Shown: positions 20,225 through 29,516 of the stretch, piece after piece
Position numbering within the stretch: the stretch's first letter is position 1
Layout of the letters: the number at the start of each line of letters is the position of its first letter
Origin: Planctomycetota bacterium
GTDB taxonomy: Bacteria; Planctomycetota; PLA2; JAEUHO01
Assembly: GCA_965222115.1 (NCBI GenBank)
Contig: CBDCTJ010000007.1
Span: 2,452,691-2,516,690 of the forward strand
Direction of reading: 5' to 3'
Length of the DNA: 64,000 nt
Notes under the pieces: generated by a model
What the model was told of the DNA's origin: nothing
What the model saw: only the letters and a program-made list of their open reading frames with translations
Database searches by the model: none
Made by a program: the position numbers and the translations under genes

Positions 20225-20545
20225 ATGGGGACGCTGCATTGGGAAGAAGCCTCTCACCAAGGGCAACCGTGGAATGGGGAGCACCCTGTGTAGTCGGTTC
20301 TTGGCCGCGCGCAGAGGCGCAGAGGGCGCAAGCGTTGGGGAGTGCAATTGGCGAGTGCGGATGTTCTTCGATGGCGGGGTATTGGCTGGAGAAAAGGAAG
20401 AAGAAGCTCACACGAAGAACGCTAAGGAACGAAGCGCAGGCGCCGCAGACTAAACATTGAGCGTGCGTGGAATTGCGTTGTAGCGTGCCGCGGCTTGAAG
20501 AAGAAGGGTCTCACCAAGGGCACCAAGTTCACCAAGCGCACTCGT
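20225..20545. repeat. left copy of an imperfect inverted repeat flanking the 20801..22096 gene
   Basis: Reverse complement of 20235..20445 aligns with 22128..22345 (e.g. CGCCTGCGCTTCGTTCCTTAGCGTTCTTCGTGTGAGCT vs CGCCTGCGCTTCGTTTCTTAGCGTTCTTAGTGTGAGCT; CCAACGCTTGCGCCCTCTGCGCCTCTGCGCGCGGCCAAGAACCGACTA vs CAAACGCTTGCGCCCCTCTGCGCCTCTGCGGTCTCTGCGCGCGGCTAAAACCGACTA); internal sub-repeat TCACCAAGGGCA at 20255 and 20510. Confidence 0.8.
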
Positions 20546-20800
20546 TGAAAGGGGCGCTACGTTCCAAGTCGGTCCGATGTAGGAAAATGGCTCCAACGGG
20601 GCCAACGTTGATAGCCCAGGATGCACATCGAGCGCAGCGAGATGAAATCCAGGGTTAATGGCCAAACAAGAAATTCGGCGCCCTGCAGGGGCGCAAGTGG
20701 GCTTGAAGCAACAGACTTGGTGGAATGAGACGCTACGCAGTAGTGTATGGACTGACGTTGAGATTGACTCAACACTATCTAGTCGAGGCCCTTGCGCAAA

Positions 20801-22096
20801 ATGTGGCGACCTAAATGGCCCACCGTTTCCAAATGTGTCAAAGCGGCCTTTGGTGCATTACTTGTGCTGTTCATCGCGTCGTCCTCGGCTTGTGGCGATT
20901 GCAAGAACACCGAGACAGTTGTCGAATTAGAGAGGCACGCGGCGGGCGGCGACTGTTCCTCTGCGTATCAACTCGGTCGCGTTGTGCCTCACGTGGCGAT
21001 GCGTCTATTGCGAAATGCCACCGACAGTTCGATACGACGCACGCTCTTGGAAGGACTTGTTGCCAGCCGCTTCTCGAAACCTGATGGGTACATTCAGTTG
21101 CTAGATGAACTGCTTGACCATGAGGACATTGAGACCACACATGCCGCGTTGCGGGCACTAGCCGTGGCGGGGTACCAACATACGACGGCGCTGGTCGCGG
21201 TGACTCGTGTTGCAGAGAGCGAGACGTATTCTATTTCGTTTCGTATCCGCGCCATTGAGTGGCTAGCGAGGCATGGCAAGCGAGCATCGAGTTTTCATCC
21301 GAAGCCCGAGGTGATCTTCTCAACGAAGCATCCGTACATTGTGCGTGCCTATGCGAAATTGGTTCGTTGGTCTGTCATTGATCACTTGACTCTCGGGAGC
21401 GCTTTCGCTGAGTGGCTCTCACGAAATCCAACTAGTGGCGCCAATCCAACATCACTATTTTTTGAGCACTTGCCTGACAATTCAAACTCAAGGCTTGTCG
21501 AGTTGGCGCTTGACTACTTGTCGCGAGGACATCCCGTGGATGTTGTTGCAGCCTTGTACTTCGCGCGACGATCCCGGGTATTGCGACGAAAGGCAAAGCG
21601 TCAGATAGAACTAAAGATGGATGGCGGGGACGCACTTGCATTGGCTGCTGCGGAAGCAAGTGCGGACTTCGATCGTCCGCGGGCGCTAAAATTCTTGAAA
21701 GACGTAGTGCGCGTAGACAAGCAACTGCCCCCGGGCTACGTCGTGGATGCGATCGGACAACTGACTCGATTGTTGGAGCCCAGCGAGTTGGCCGAGTTCC
21801 TTGAAACGGTCACAAGTCCCAGCCCGTGGGTACGAATCAGGATTGCGGTTGCGCTGGCGAATGCGGGCTCGACGCCTGCGTCATCTGCAATAAACGCGCT
21901 CGTCGGGGAGATTCTGAAGCCCGCCCCCAGGAGAACGCCGTTTAACGCTAGTCAAGCGGGGCTCGTTCTAGAGTGCCTGGCATTGACGAATCTTCAGTCA
22001 ACGGATCTCGTACCACTCATCAAGCTCCGTTGCAAAGTCGATCCGTATGTCAGAGAAGCCATTACTGAGCTAGTCATCGACGTGGCGCATCGGTAG
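20801..22096 (+). CDS. lipoprotein with HEAT/ARM-like helical repeats; lower GC than neighbours
   Basis: Signal peptide and lipobox (AAFGALLVLFIASSSACGDC) from ATG 20801; helical repeats (ETTHAALRALAVAG, PWVRIRIAVALANAG); first 69 nt are ~51% GC against ~62-65% elsewhere, with TTA/CTA/ATA codons. Confidence 0.5.
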   Translation: MWRPKWPTVSKCVKAAFGALLVLFIASSSACGDCKNTETVVELERHAAGGDCSSAYQLGRVVPHVAMRLLRNATDSSIRRTLLEGLVASRFSKPDGYIQLLDELLDHEDIETTHAALRALAVAGYQHTTALVAVTRVAESETYSISFRIRAIEWLARHGKRASSFHPKPEVIFSTKHPYIVRAYAKLVRWSVIDHLTLGSAFAEWLSRNPTSGANPTSLFFEHLPDNSNSRLVELALDYLSRGHPVDVVAALYFARRSRVLRRKAKRQIELKMDGGDALALAAAEASADFDRPRALKFLKDVVRVDKQLPPGYVVDAIGQLTRLLEPSELAEFLETVTSPSPWVRIRIAVALANAGSTPASSAINALVGEILKPAPRRTPFNASQAGLVLECLALTNLQSTDLVPLIKLRCKVDPYVREAITELVIDVAHR

Positions 22097-22127
22097 CGTC
22101 CAGACCTCCGCTCGTTTCGGCCCGCTA

Positions 22128-22450
22128 CGCCTGCGCTTCGTTTCTTAGCGTTCTTAGTGTGAGCTATTTCTTCAAGCACCGTTCCGCCACCTCCAAACAC
22201 CCGCATTCACCGACTGCCATCCCAAACGCTTGCGCCCCTCTGCGCCTCTGCGGTCTCTGCGCGCGGCTAAAACCGACTAAACAAGAAACTCCTCGTTCTC
22301 CGGTTGCGCTTGGTGATCTTGGTGTCCTTCGTGAGAACCTTCTTCTTCAAACGGCGCCACACAACCAATCACGTACGCTCCCGCCAAACAACGCACCCCA
22401 ACGCTTGCGCTCCTCTGTTTGGCGCACAAAGAAACCCGGCCTCCCCAACG
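22128..22450. repeat. right copy of the imperfect inverted repeat flanking the 20801..22096 gene
   Basis: See left copy; contains a 9-bp internal duplication (GGTCTCTGC) and a second partial unit CCCCAACGCTTGCGCTCCTCTG at ~22396. Confidence 0.8.
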
Positions 22451-22508
22451 GGAAGACCGGGTGCGGTTCGATTCACACTGCGCGAGCGCAGCGACGAAAC
22501 TGTGTCAA

Positions 22509-23090
22509 CTAAAAGATGCGCGGGGCATTGCACTGTTCGTGAATGCTGTTGCACACTTCCGGTTGTAGGCGCAGGCCGTGGGCGAGTTGCTTGAGGTACT
22601 GCGCTTCTTTGTTCTGATCGAGGTCCAGAGTCAGTAGCGAGAAACCGTAGACCTGCTGCTCAAGTCCAAGCGGGATTTCCCAGGCGAACTCTTTGACGTC
22701 GAGCGGGCGAGCGAATTCTTCGCGCAGGAACTGCACTTCGGCTTCGGTGACGTCACCGAGTTGCTTCAGAATCGCGGTCTGCTCATTGTCGTCGAGCTTG
22801 CCATCGGACTTGGCGGCGTTCACCATGGCGCGCACAAGAATTTTGGCCTGTGCGTTATCAAGCTCGCTCTTTGGGTGTGCGGGTGCCTGAGGTGCGCCAC
22901 GGCTTTGCTCGTAGCGCGAATACGCGTCACGGGCCACACGACCAAAGTCGTCGCGTTGACGCGGCTGTGCCGGAGGAGCCGCCGCTGCTTTCTTATCGCC
23001 GCCCAAAAGGCCTTCGAGGATCTTTCCAATGCCGCCGCCGGATTGGGACTTCTTCTTGAGAAGACCACCGAGAATTTCTGCCATATCCAT
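22509..23090 (-). CDS. DUF533/TerB-like protein
   Basis: Gly-rich N-terminus (ILGGLLKKKSQSGGGIGKILEGLLGG) and C-terminal TerB-like helical region (AKILVRAMVNAAKSDGKLDDNEQTAILKQLG); family assignment from memory of architecture only. Confidence 0.45.
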   Translation of the reverse strand: MDMAEILGGLLKKKSQSGGGIGKILEGLLGGDKKAAAAPPAQPRQRDDFGRVARDAYSRYEQSRGAPQAPAHPKSELDNAQAKILVRAMVNAAKSDGKLDDNEQTAILKQLGDVTEAEVQFLREEFARPLDVKEFAWEIPLGLEQQVYGFSLLTLDLDQNKEAQYLKQLAHGLRLQPEVCNSIHEQCNAPRIF

Positions 23091-23532
23091 TTCGTACGTA
23101 CTCCAATGACGTTCAGGTCCGTCGCGCAGATTCGCGTGACGTGCTCGTTACTGTATGTCCGCTCCGGGTCCGGGGTGGGATTTGTGCATTTCTCATTTTC
23201 TAGGGCAAGTGCTTGTTCGCCGGGCGTGGGTCACCTCACGCAGAGGCGCTATGTGGCAAAGGCGCAAGGGGAAATCGGTGCCGTCTCCTACGTGGCCAGG
23301 TTTGAGGGGCCCAACTCCGCAAAGAACGAGATCCACACTCGTGACTACCGTCATCTTCGGAGGCTGAGCAACCGGGTCGGGCAATGGATCGGGCGACAGA
23401 TTAAGAATCAGCAAAACGTCCAGTTGAGCATCGCTTCGCTCCACTACATGCATCGCTCTGCGCCTCTGCAACGCGGCGTCTCCGCGTGAGGTAAATCGCG
23501 TCCAACGACCGCACTTCCCTCGCAAGCCGAAC

Positions 23533-24702
23533 CTATGAGGAACCGCCGTCCTCAACCGTTTCATAGATCCGGTACCGCTTCGTGATCATGCCACCGATGG
23601 CCTCAATCCCGGCGCGCATCTTCGCATTGTCTTCCAGCACCCAGCCACACTCGGCGCCAACGACCTTAGAGGCGCGACCACCGAGGAGGCCGCGCGTGAT
23701 GAGGGCCTCAGCAATCGCGGAACCGCGGGCCTCCGGAACGACGCCGAGAAGTACGCAGCGCGTTCGACGAACGTTTTTGAGCCCGCGCAAGAGCTTGAAC
23801 CACATGACCGGGAGCATGCGACCTCGGCCGCGATGAAGAATTCGATTGATGTCGCGCAGGAACACGCTGAAGCCCACCGGGACGCCCTTGCGCTCGGCGA
23901 CGCCGGACATGTTGGGGTCGATCAGCATCTTGAGATCCTTGGCGGCATGATCGAATTCCGCATCGGTCGTCGGGACGAAGCCCCAGTTCTTTTCCCAAGA
24001 ACGATTGTAGAGACTTCGAATGATCTTGATTTCGCTGTCGAAATTGTCGGTGTCAATGGCGCGAATCACTATGCCTTTGCGAACAAGCTGGCGATCGATG
24101 ACGCGTTTGAAGCGAGGTGGCAGAGGGAGCGACGTGGGGCACCAGTAACTTATGAGGTCCTTCACACCCACGAGGCCGGCACCCGTAACCAGCAAGTCGT
24201 AGTCCGGTCGATTGTAGGGCATCAGAATGGCCGGCGGCTCGCCGAACCCCTGAACGAGGATGCCGCAACTGTCATTCGTCGAGTAGTTGACCGGTCCGCG
24301 CATGGGCGAGAGGCCGCGTGCGTCGCACCACGCCTTGGCCGCATTGAGCAAAGCCTTTGCGGTTTCTACGTCTTCGTACGCCGCTACGTCAAAGAACCCG
24401 AAGAAGCCAATGCGATCTTCGTGGATTTCATTGTGACGTCGATTTTCGATCGCAGCAATGCGCCCGACGATCTCATTGCCGCGCCACGCAAGAAAGTGCT
24501 GTGCGTCGGCGTGCAAGAAGAAGGGGTTCTTTTTCTGGTCCATGAGCGCGGCTTCGACCATCCGGAGCGGCGGTACATAGTCGGGCCACTTCGCATTGAT
24601 CTTGTAGGTAAAGTCGATGAATGCCTTGCGCTCACGACGCCCCTGCTCGGGACGTACGACAACGGGCGTGGTGGACGGAGCATCCATGGAAGAGTCGCTC
24701 AC
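23533..24702 (-). CDS. putative N-acyltransferase, candidate bacterial ceramide synthase by context
   Basis: 389-aa soluble protein 44 nt downstream of the SPT-like gene on the same strand; no motif I can assign confidently; call rests on gene context. Confidence 0.35.
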   Translation of the reverse strand: MSDSSMDAPSTTPVVVRPEQGRRERKAFIDFTYKINAKWPDYVPPLRMVEAALMDQKKNPFFLHADAQHFLAWRGNEIVGRIAAIENRRHNEIHEDRIGFFGFFDVAAYEDVETAKALLNAAKAWCDARGLSPMRGPVNYSTNDSCGILVQGFGEPPAILMPYNRPDYDLLVTGAGLVGVKDLISYWCPTSLPLPPRFKRVIDRQLVRKGIVIRAIDTDNFDSEIKIIRSLYNRSWEKNWGFVPTTDAEFDHAAKDLKMLIDPNMSGVAERKGVPVGFSVFLRDINRILHRGRGRMLPVMWFKLLRGLKNVRRTRCVLLGVVPEARGSAIAEALITRGLLGGRASKVVGAECGWVLEDNAKMRAGIEAIGGMITKRYRIYETVEDGGSS

Positions 24703-24745
24703 GAGTCGCTCACAAATCGCTCACATGGAAATGGGATGCCGGTCG

Positions 24746-25948
24746 CTACGCCTTGACCAGTTGAAATTGCTGCGCGACGCTCCTGAACGCCTGAAGCACG
24801 AGGTCCAAATCCTCGTCGGTGTGCGTGGCCATGTACGACGTGCGCAGGAGACTTTGGCCGGGAGGTACGGCCGGGGGCAACACCGGATTGACGAATACGC
24901 CCTGCTCAAAGAGCGCGCGGTTGAACTTGAGAGTGGGTTCTTCTTCGCCAATCACCACACTCAGAATCGGGCTGCCGCCGTCGTGAATCACGTCAAGGCC
25001 CATGGCTTCAAAGCCTGCCTTCATCTTGGCCACGTTCTTCCACAGGGCTTTGCGCCGTTCAGGTTCGTCGCGAATGACGTGCAGGCACGCAAGCACGGTC
25101 GCCACACTCGACGGCGTCATGCTTGCTGAAAAAATGATCGATCGGCTGACGTGCTTGAGGAAGTGAATGACATCGGCAGGGCCGGCGATGAATCCGCCAA
25201 GGCACGCAAAGGACTTGCTAAACGTGCCAACGACGATGTCTACGTCGTCCATGACACCAAAGTGTTCGGCGGTGCCACGGCCATGTTCACCGAGGACGCC
25301 CAGAGCATGGGCATCGTCGACAATGACGCGCGCTGGGTACTGTTTCGCCAAGCGAACGATTTCAGGTAGCGGCGCGAGATCGCCCAGCATGGAAAACACA
25401 CCATCCGTAATGATGATGCGACCGCCGCATTCGGGGATTTCGGTAATCGCCAGCACGCGCTCCAGGTCATCCACGTCGTTGTGTCGATATTTCAAGAGCT
25501 TGGCGAATGACAGCCGGCAACCATCGATGATGGATGCGTGATTGTCTCGGTCGCCAAAGATGATGTCGTCACGACTGGCAATGGCAGAGATGAGGCCGAG
25601 ATTGGTTTGAAAGCCCGTGCCCGATGTAATGCACGCCTCTTTGCCAAGAAAGCGCGCGAGTTCCTCTTCCATTTCTTCATGGAGACTTAATGTGCCGTTG
25701 AGGAAGCGGCTTCCGGTGCACCCCGAACCAAACTTTGAGATGGCTTCACGGGCCGCTTCCAACACACGCGGTTCGTGCGTGAGACCGAGGTAGTTATTGG
25801 AGCCGGCCATGACGAGTTCGCGCCCGTCGATGTTGACACGCGTACCGCGTCTACTTTCCGAGATGGCCCGGAAGTAGGGGTAGATGCCCGCGGCCTGCAG
25901 GTCTTTCGCCCGCGCGTAGCGTTCGGCCTTCTCAAACGGGTCTAGCAC
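24746..25948 (-). CDS. spt: PLP-dependent alpha-oxoamine synthase, most similar to serine palmitoyltransferase
   Basis: PLP-lysine motif VVGTFSKSFACLGG (SPT-type GTFSKS); FGSGCTGSRFLNGT, DNHASIIDGC and YRHNDVDDLERVL resemble recalled Sphingomonas SPT more than Kbl or BioF; alpha-oxoamine synthase family itself is near certain. Confidence 0.65.
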   Translation of the reverse strand: MLDPFEKAERYARAKDLQAAGIYPYFRAISESRRGTRVNIDGRELVMAGSNNYLGLTHEPRVLEAAREAISKFGSGCTGSRFLNGTLSLHEEMEEELARFLGKEACITSGTGFQTNLGLISAIASRDDIIFGDRDNHASIIDGCRLSFAKLLKYRHNDVDDLERVLAITEIPECGGRIIITDGVFSMLGDLAPLPEIVRLAKQYPARVIVDDAHALGVLGEHGRGTAEHFGVMDDVDIVVGTFSKSFACLGGFIAGPADVIHFLKHVSRSIIFSASMTPSSVATVLACLHVIRDEPERRKALWKNVAKMKAGFEAMGLDVIHDGGSPILSVVIGEEEPTLKFNRALFEQGVFVNPVLPPAVPPGQSLLRTSYMATHTDEDLDLVLQAFRSVAQQFQLVKA

Positions 25949-26167
25949 AGGCGTCCTCGCGCGGCGGTTTCATCGAATCGCCCGGCTGCGCTCGATGGAA
26001 GGGGCATACTTGGATCTAGCGAGACGTGGGACCTTCGCCCAGCCCCGCCACGGGCTCGGTAAGTCTACCGATGCCGGGAGACCATGACGGCAGGCGTGCG
26101 ACCCGGCGGCGCGAATTCTGTCCGACGTCCATTGGGGACAAGCCCACCTCGGCGCGATAGTCCCTCC

Positions 26168-27157
26168 ATGCGCGTACTTGTCACCGGTGGACATGGATTC
26201 GTGGGTCAGCACCTCGTTCGCTCTCTGTTGGGGGCGGGGCATGCGGTTTCCATCCTCTACCGGCACAGCGGTCGGCCTGCCAGTCTCGACGGGCTCGACG
26301 TCGAGGTCGTCCATGGCGATTTGAACGACGGGCGAGGATTGGATGCGGCCGTCGCGGACCGAAAACGCATCTTTCATCTCGCCGGTCTGACCCGCAGCGT
26401 CACGCGCAGCCAAATGCTGCGCACAAACGTGGATGGAACGGCGCGGCTCCTCGCGGCGGCGCGCCGATCCGGATTTCGAGGGCGATTCGTATTCTGCAGT
26501 TCGCTGGCTGCGTGTTCGCCCAGTTTGGACGGCACGCCGTTGACTGAGCTGACCGCAACCATGGCGCCGCTCACGTGGTACGGCGAAAGCAAGCGCAAGG
26601 CCGAGTCACTTGTACGTCGGTGTGTCGGCGAATTCGACACATCCATCGTTCGCCCACCCGCCGTGTACGGCCCCGGTGATCGCGATTTTTTGACCTTCTT
26701 CGACAGCGTTGCTAAGGGCGTGGCGCTCGTTCCTGGCCGTCGCACGACCGCGCTGTGCAGTTTGATCTTCGCGCCGGATCTTGCCGAGGCTTTGATGGCA
26801 GTGGGGGACTCGCCGGCCACGATCGGCAAGACCTACTTCGCCGCCCATCCGGAGATTGTGTCGGTAGACGACATGATTCGTGCCGCTGAGGCGTCTATGG
26901 GTCGTAGATCCAGGCGACTGCGACTGCCCACCTCCCTTCTCAGACTCACGGGGAAGGTTACGGATCTCGTGACACAGATTACGGGTCGTGCCTCGCTCCT
27001 CGGAAGCCAGCGAATTCGAGAGGTCGCCAGTGCACATTGGGTGTGCAGCCCGGAACGCGTTCAGCGCGACACGAGTTGGCGCGCATCCACGCCGATTGCC
27101 CGTGGCTTCCCGGAGACTGTTGCGGTGTACCGCGCGCGCGGGCAGCTCAAAATTTGA
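26168..27157 (+). CDS. NAD(P)-dependent epimerase/dehydratase-family (extended SDR) protein; candidate ceramide reductase by context
   Basis: Rossmann motif MRVLVTGGHGFVGQHLV, catalytic YxxxK (WYGESKRKAE); divergent from the spt-like gene. Start placed at ATG 26168. Confidence 0.6.
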   Translation: MRVLVTGGHGFVGQHLVRSLLGAGHAVSILYRHSGRPASLDGLDVEVVHGDLNDGRGLDAAVADRKRIFHLAGLTRSVTRSQMLRTNVDGTARLLAAARRSGFRGRFVFCSSLAACSPSLDGTPLTELTATMAPLTWYGESKRKAESLVRRCVGEFDTSIVRPPAVYGPGDRDFLTFFDSVAKGVALVPGRRTTALCSLIFAPDLAEALMAVGDSPATIGKTYFAAHPEIVSVDDMIRAAEASMGRRSRRLRLPTSLLRLTGKVTDLVTQITGRASLLGSQRIREVASAHWVCSPERVQRDTSWRASTPIARGFPETVAVYRARGQLKI

Positions 27158-27210
27158 GTTTCGCCGGATGATTCGTGCGCCAACGCTGAGATCGTCCTTC
27201 CGGAACCGAT

Positions 27211-27738
27211 TTGGACGTCGTGTTTGACCTTGCTTGGGTCCGCCCCGAGAATGCGACGGTGCTACCGAATGCTCGACCCCCTCGCCGCGGACTGACGCGC
27301 TTGCGCAAACTCGCTTGCGGGCCGCTGCTGTTGCTGATCCTTTGTGTATTGGGGGGGTGTCAGAGTGAAGAAGCATTTGCGCCGCGGCCTTTGGATCAAG
27401 CGATCAAGCATCCCAGTCCCGGCGTTCGCGTGGCCGCGGTGCAGCGTGCGATACAGTCCGGTGACACAAGCGAGGTGCCGGAACTTATAGAAATGCTCGA
27501 CGATGAGGACCCAACAGTGCGGATGCTTGCATCGTCATCGCTCAAGCGCATCACGGGTCGAGACACCGGCTATCTGCCGTATGCATCCCCAGAAGTTAGG
27601 CGTTCGCAGCGGGATGCGTGGCGTTTGTGGTGGGCGTCACAACAGCAAATCGGTGACTCGGCGAGTTCGCCTCCCCTGTATCCAGTCTCAAAGCCAATGA
27701 CCATGGATTCGCCACATGGGGAGGGCATGGGTGAGTGA
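27211..27738 (+). CDS. small HEAT-repeat lipoprotein
   Basis: Signal peptide and lipobox (LACGPLLLLILCVLGGCQSEE); HEAT-like repeats (HPSPGVRVAAVQRAIQSGD, DEDPTVRMLASSSLKRITG). Start uncertain (TTG 27211, GTG 27259 or TTG ~27301). Confidence 0.5.
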   Translation: MDVVFDLAWVRPENATVLPNARPPRRGLTRLRKLACGPLLLLILCVLGGCQSEEAFAPRPLDQAIKHPSPGVRVAAVQRAIQSGDTSEVPELIEMLDDEDPTVRMLASSSLKRITGRDTGYLPYASPEVRRSQRDAWRLWWASQQQIGDSASSPPLYPVSKPMTMDSPHGEGMGE

Positions 27739-28168
27739 GCCGCAACAAATCCAGACAGAGCGGCTTGAGACTTCTCTCACCTCCAATCCACGGTGGCTTC
27801 CCGTCGTGCGTGGCATAGTGAGCGAAGCCGCCGGCGTGGTGGGACTCGATCGCGAGGCACAAGAGTCAATCGCTTTGGCGGTCAATGAAGCGTGGACCAA
27901 CGTGATTCGACACGTGTACGGCGGGCGCGAAGACGCACGCATTGACCTGGCAATTGAACTGCACCCCGACCGCCTCGCGACGTATATTACCGACTACGGC
28001 ACGTTTGTGGATCCCGGAACCATTCGGTCACGGAGGCTCGAGGACGTACGCCCCGGCGGCATTGGTGTTCACCTTATCAAGACCACCATGGACGACGTGG
28101 AGTACAAGTTGAACGAGCACGGGGGAACAACATTGTCCATGGTTCGCTATCTCGAATCGCATGCGTAG
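27716..28168 (+). CDS. anti-sigma regulatory factor / serine protein kinase (RsbW/SpoIIAB-like GHKL ATPase)
   Basis: HATPase_c layout: N-box ALAVNEAWTNVIRHVYGG, G-boxes ITDYGTFVDPGT and RPGGIGVHLIKTTMDDVEY; ~150 aa as for RsbW. Confidence 0.7.
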   Translation: MGRAWVSEPQQIQTERLETSLTSNPRWLPVVRGIVSEAAGVVGLDREAQESIALAVNEAWTNVIRHVYGGREDARIDLAIELHPDRLATYITDYGTFVDPGTIRSRRLEDVRPGGIGVHLIKTTMDDVEYKLNEHGGTTLSMVRYLESHA

Positions 28169-28225
28169 CAATTCGGCTACGTAGCGAATCGGTTGGCGCA
28201 CGCCACATGCTATGAAGGAAACCCC

Positions 28226-28567
28226 ATGAAAGTCACCAGCGAATCCCACGGGAACGGATCCGTATTTGTCGTTGAAGGTCACTTGGACATGGGGTCTACC
28301 TCAACGCTGCGCAATGAGTTGCGCGGCGCGCTCAAGCGCAAAAGCACACCGTTGGTCGTGGATCTCACGGATGTCGCGTTTATTGATTCAAGCGGCCTCG
28401 CCACGTTGATTGAGGCGCTGCAGTCGGTCTCGCACTATGGGGGTCGCATGTGCCTGTGTGGTTTGCGGCCTGAAGTCAAGCGCCTATTTGAACTTGCCCA
28501 TCTCGGAAGCATTTTCGAGGTAAAGGAAACCCGCGACCAAGCGCTTGGTCTCACGGGCCCCGCGTAG
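28226..28567 (+). CDS. STAS-domain anti-sigma factor antagonist (RsbV/SpoIIAA-like)
   Basis: STAS fold with phosphorylatable-Ser motif VDLTDVAFIDSSGLATLIEAL; good SD (GAAGGA) before ATG 28226. Confidence 0.75.
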   Translation: MKVTSESHGNGSVFVVEGHLDMGSTSTLRNELRGALKRKSTPLVVDLTDVAFIDSSGLATLIEALQSVSHYGGRMCLCGLRPEVKRLFELAHLGSIFEVKETRDQALGLTGPA

Positions 28568-28685
28568 CCATTTTCAAAATCGATTTAGATCAGGGGCAGA
28601 GAGAAACCGCCGAGTGAACTTGTGTAAGGAGTAGCGTTTTGCCGCACGGTCGCTCGCGCGTTCCGCTCGGGAAGGGACCACACTC

Positions 28686-29498
28686 GTGGCGGTCGTAGGC
28701 GGCATAGGGCGGTGGATTGAGGCCCTTGGTGGAACGGTTCTAGGGACGGTCCAGTTCCTTGGCGGCCTCGGGCTGATGGTGCGCCAGAGTGTGGGCCATC
28801 TTGTGTTGGGTCCCTTTCGCGGCCAAGGTGTACCGCGTCGCGCGTTCATGACGCAGGCTGTGCGCGCCGGCCCCAAGTCGTTGTTCATCGTATGCATCAT
28901 TAACTTCTTCGTCGGCGTGATTCTCGCGTTGATCGGTGGCGACATTCTCAATCTGCTCGGATTCAAAGAGTATGTGGGCGACCTCATCGGCGTGGGAATC
29001 GTCATGGAACTCGGCCCGCTGCTAACAGGCATCATTATGACCGGCTACATCGGGGCGGCGTTCGCTGCCGAGATTGGGACCATGGTGGTGTCGGAGGAGA
29101 TTGTCGCCTTGCGCACCATGGCGCTCAATCCCGTGCGTGTCATCGTTGCGCCACGCATGTTGGCCGTGCTCTTTATGGTTCCCTGCGTGACGATTATCGG
29201 AAATGCCGTGGGCATTCTCGGCGGCGCAAGCGTGGCTCATTCCGTGTTGGATGTATCCCCCAATACGTTTTGGGAGCATGTGTGGGCCACGTTGGCGCCG
29301 CGTCAAGTTTGGCGTGGACTCGCCAAGAGCGTGGTATTTGCGCTTCTCATCGGCGCCATTGGTTGTTTTAAGGGCTTCCGGGTGTCGGGCGGTGCGGAGG
29401 GCGTGGGCCGGGCCACCACCAGCGCGGTGGTGACTACCATTATCAGCATTGTGATCAGCGATGGGATCCTAAACTATTTGCTGCTCTATCGTTTGTAG
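28686..29498 (+). CDS. mlaE: MlaE-family ABC transporter permease
   Basis: MELGPLLTGIIMTGYIGAAFAAEIGTMVVSEEIVALRTMALNPVRVIVAPRMLA and GRATTSAVVTTII align with recalled E. coli MlaE (RELGPVVTALLFAG, MAVDPLRRVVAPRF, SRATTRTVV). Confidence 0.85.
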   Translation: MAVVGGIGRWIEALGGTVLGTVQFLGGLGLMVRQSVGHLVLGPFRGQGVPRRAFMTQAVRAGPKSLFIVCIINFFVGVILALIGGDILNLLGFKEYVGDLIGVGIVMELGPLLTGIIMTGYIGAAFAAEIGTMVVSEEIVALRTMALNPVRVIVAPRMLAVLFMVPCVTIIGNAVGILGGASVAHSVLDVSPNTFWEHVWATLAPRQVWRGLAKSVVFALLIGAIGCFKGFRVSGGAEGVGRATTSAVVTTIISIVISDGILNYLLLYRL

Positions 29499-29516
29499 GG
29501 CACGCGGAGCACAACC

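Noticed and set aside
19911-20411. ORFs translating the inverted repeats (19911..20411 minus and 22159..22512 plus, similar HPHSP.A.PNACA peptides)
   Set aside because: The peptide similarity is a by-product of nucleotide repeats; one overlaps the 19668..20204 lipoprotein gene on the opposite strand; composition is Pro/Ala/Arg-rich non-coding-like.
22440-22480. tRNA-like T-loop motif GGTTCGATTC
   Set aside because: No acceptor, D or anticodon stems can be drawn around it; judged a chance match within the repeat region.
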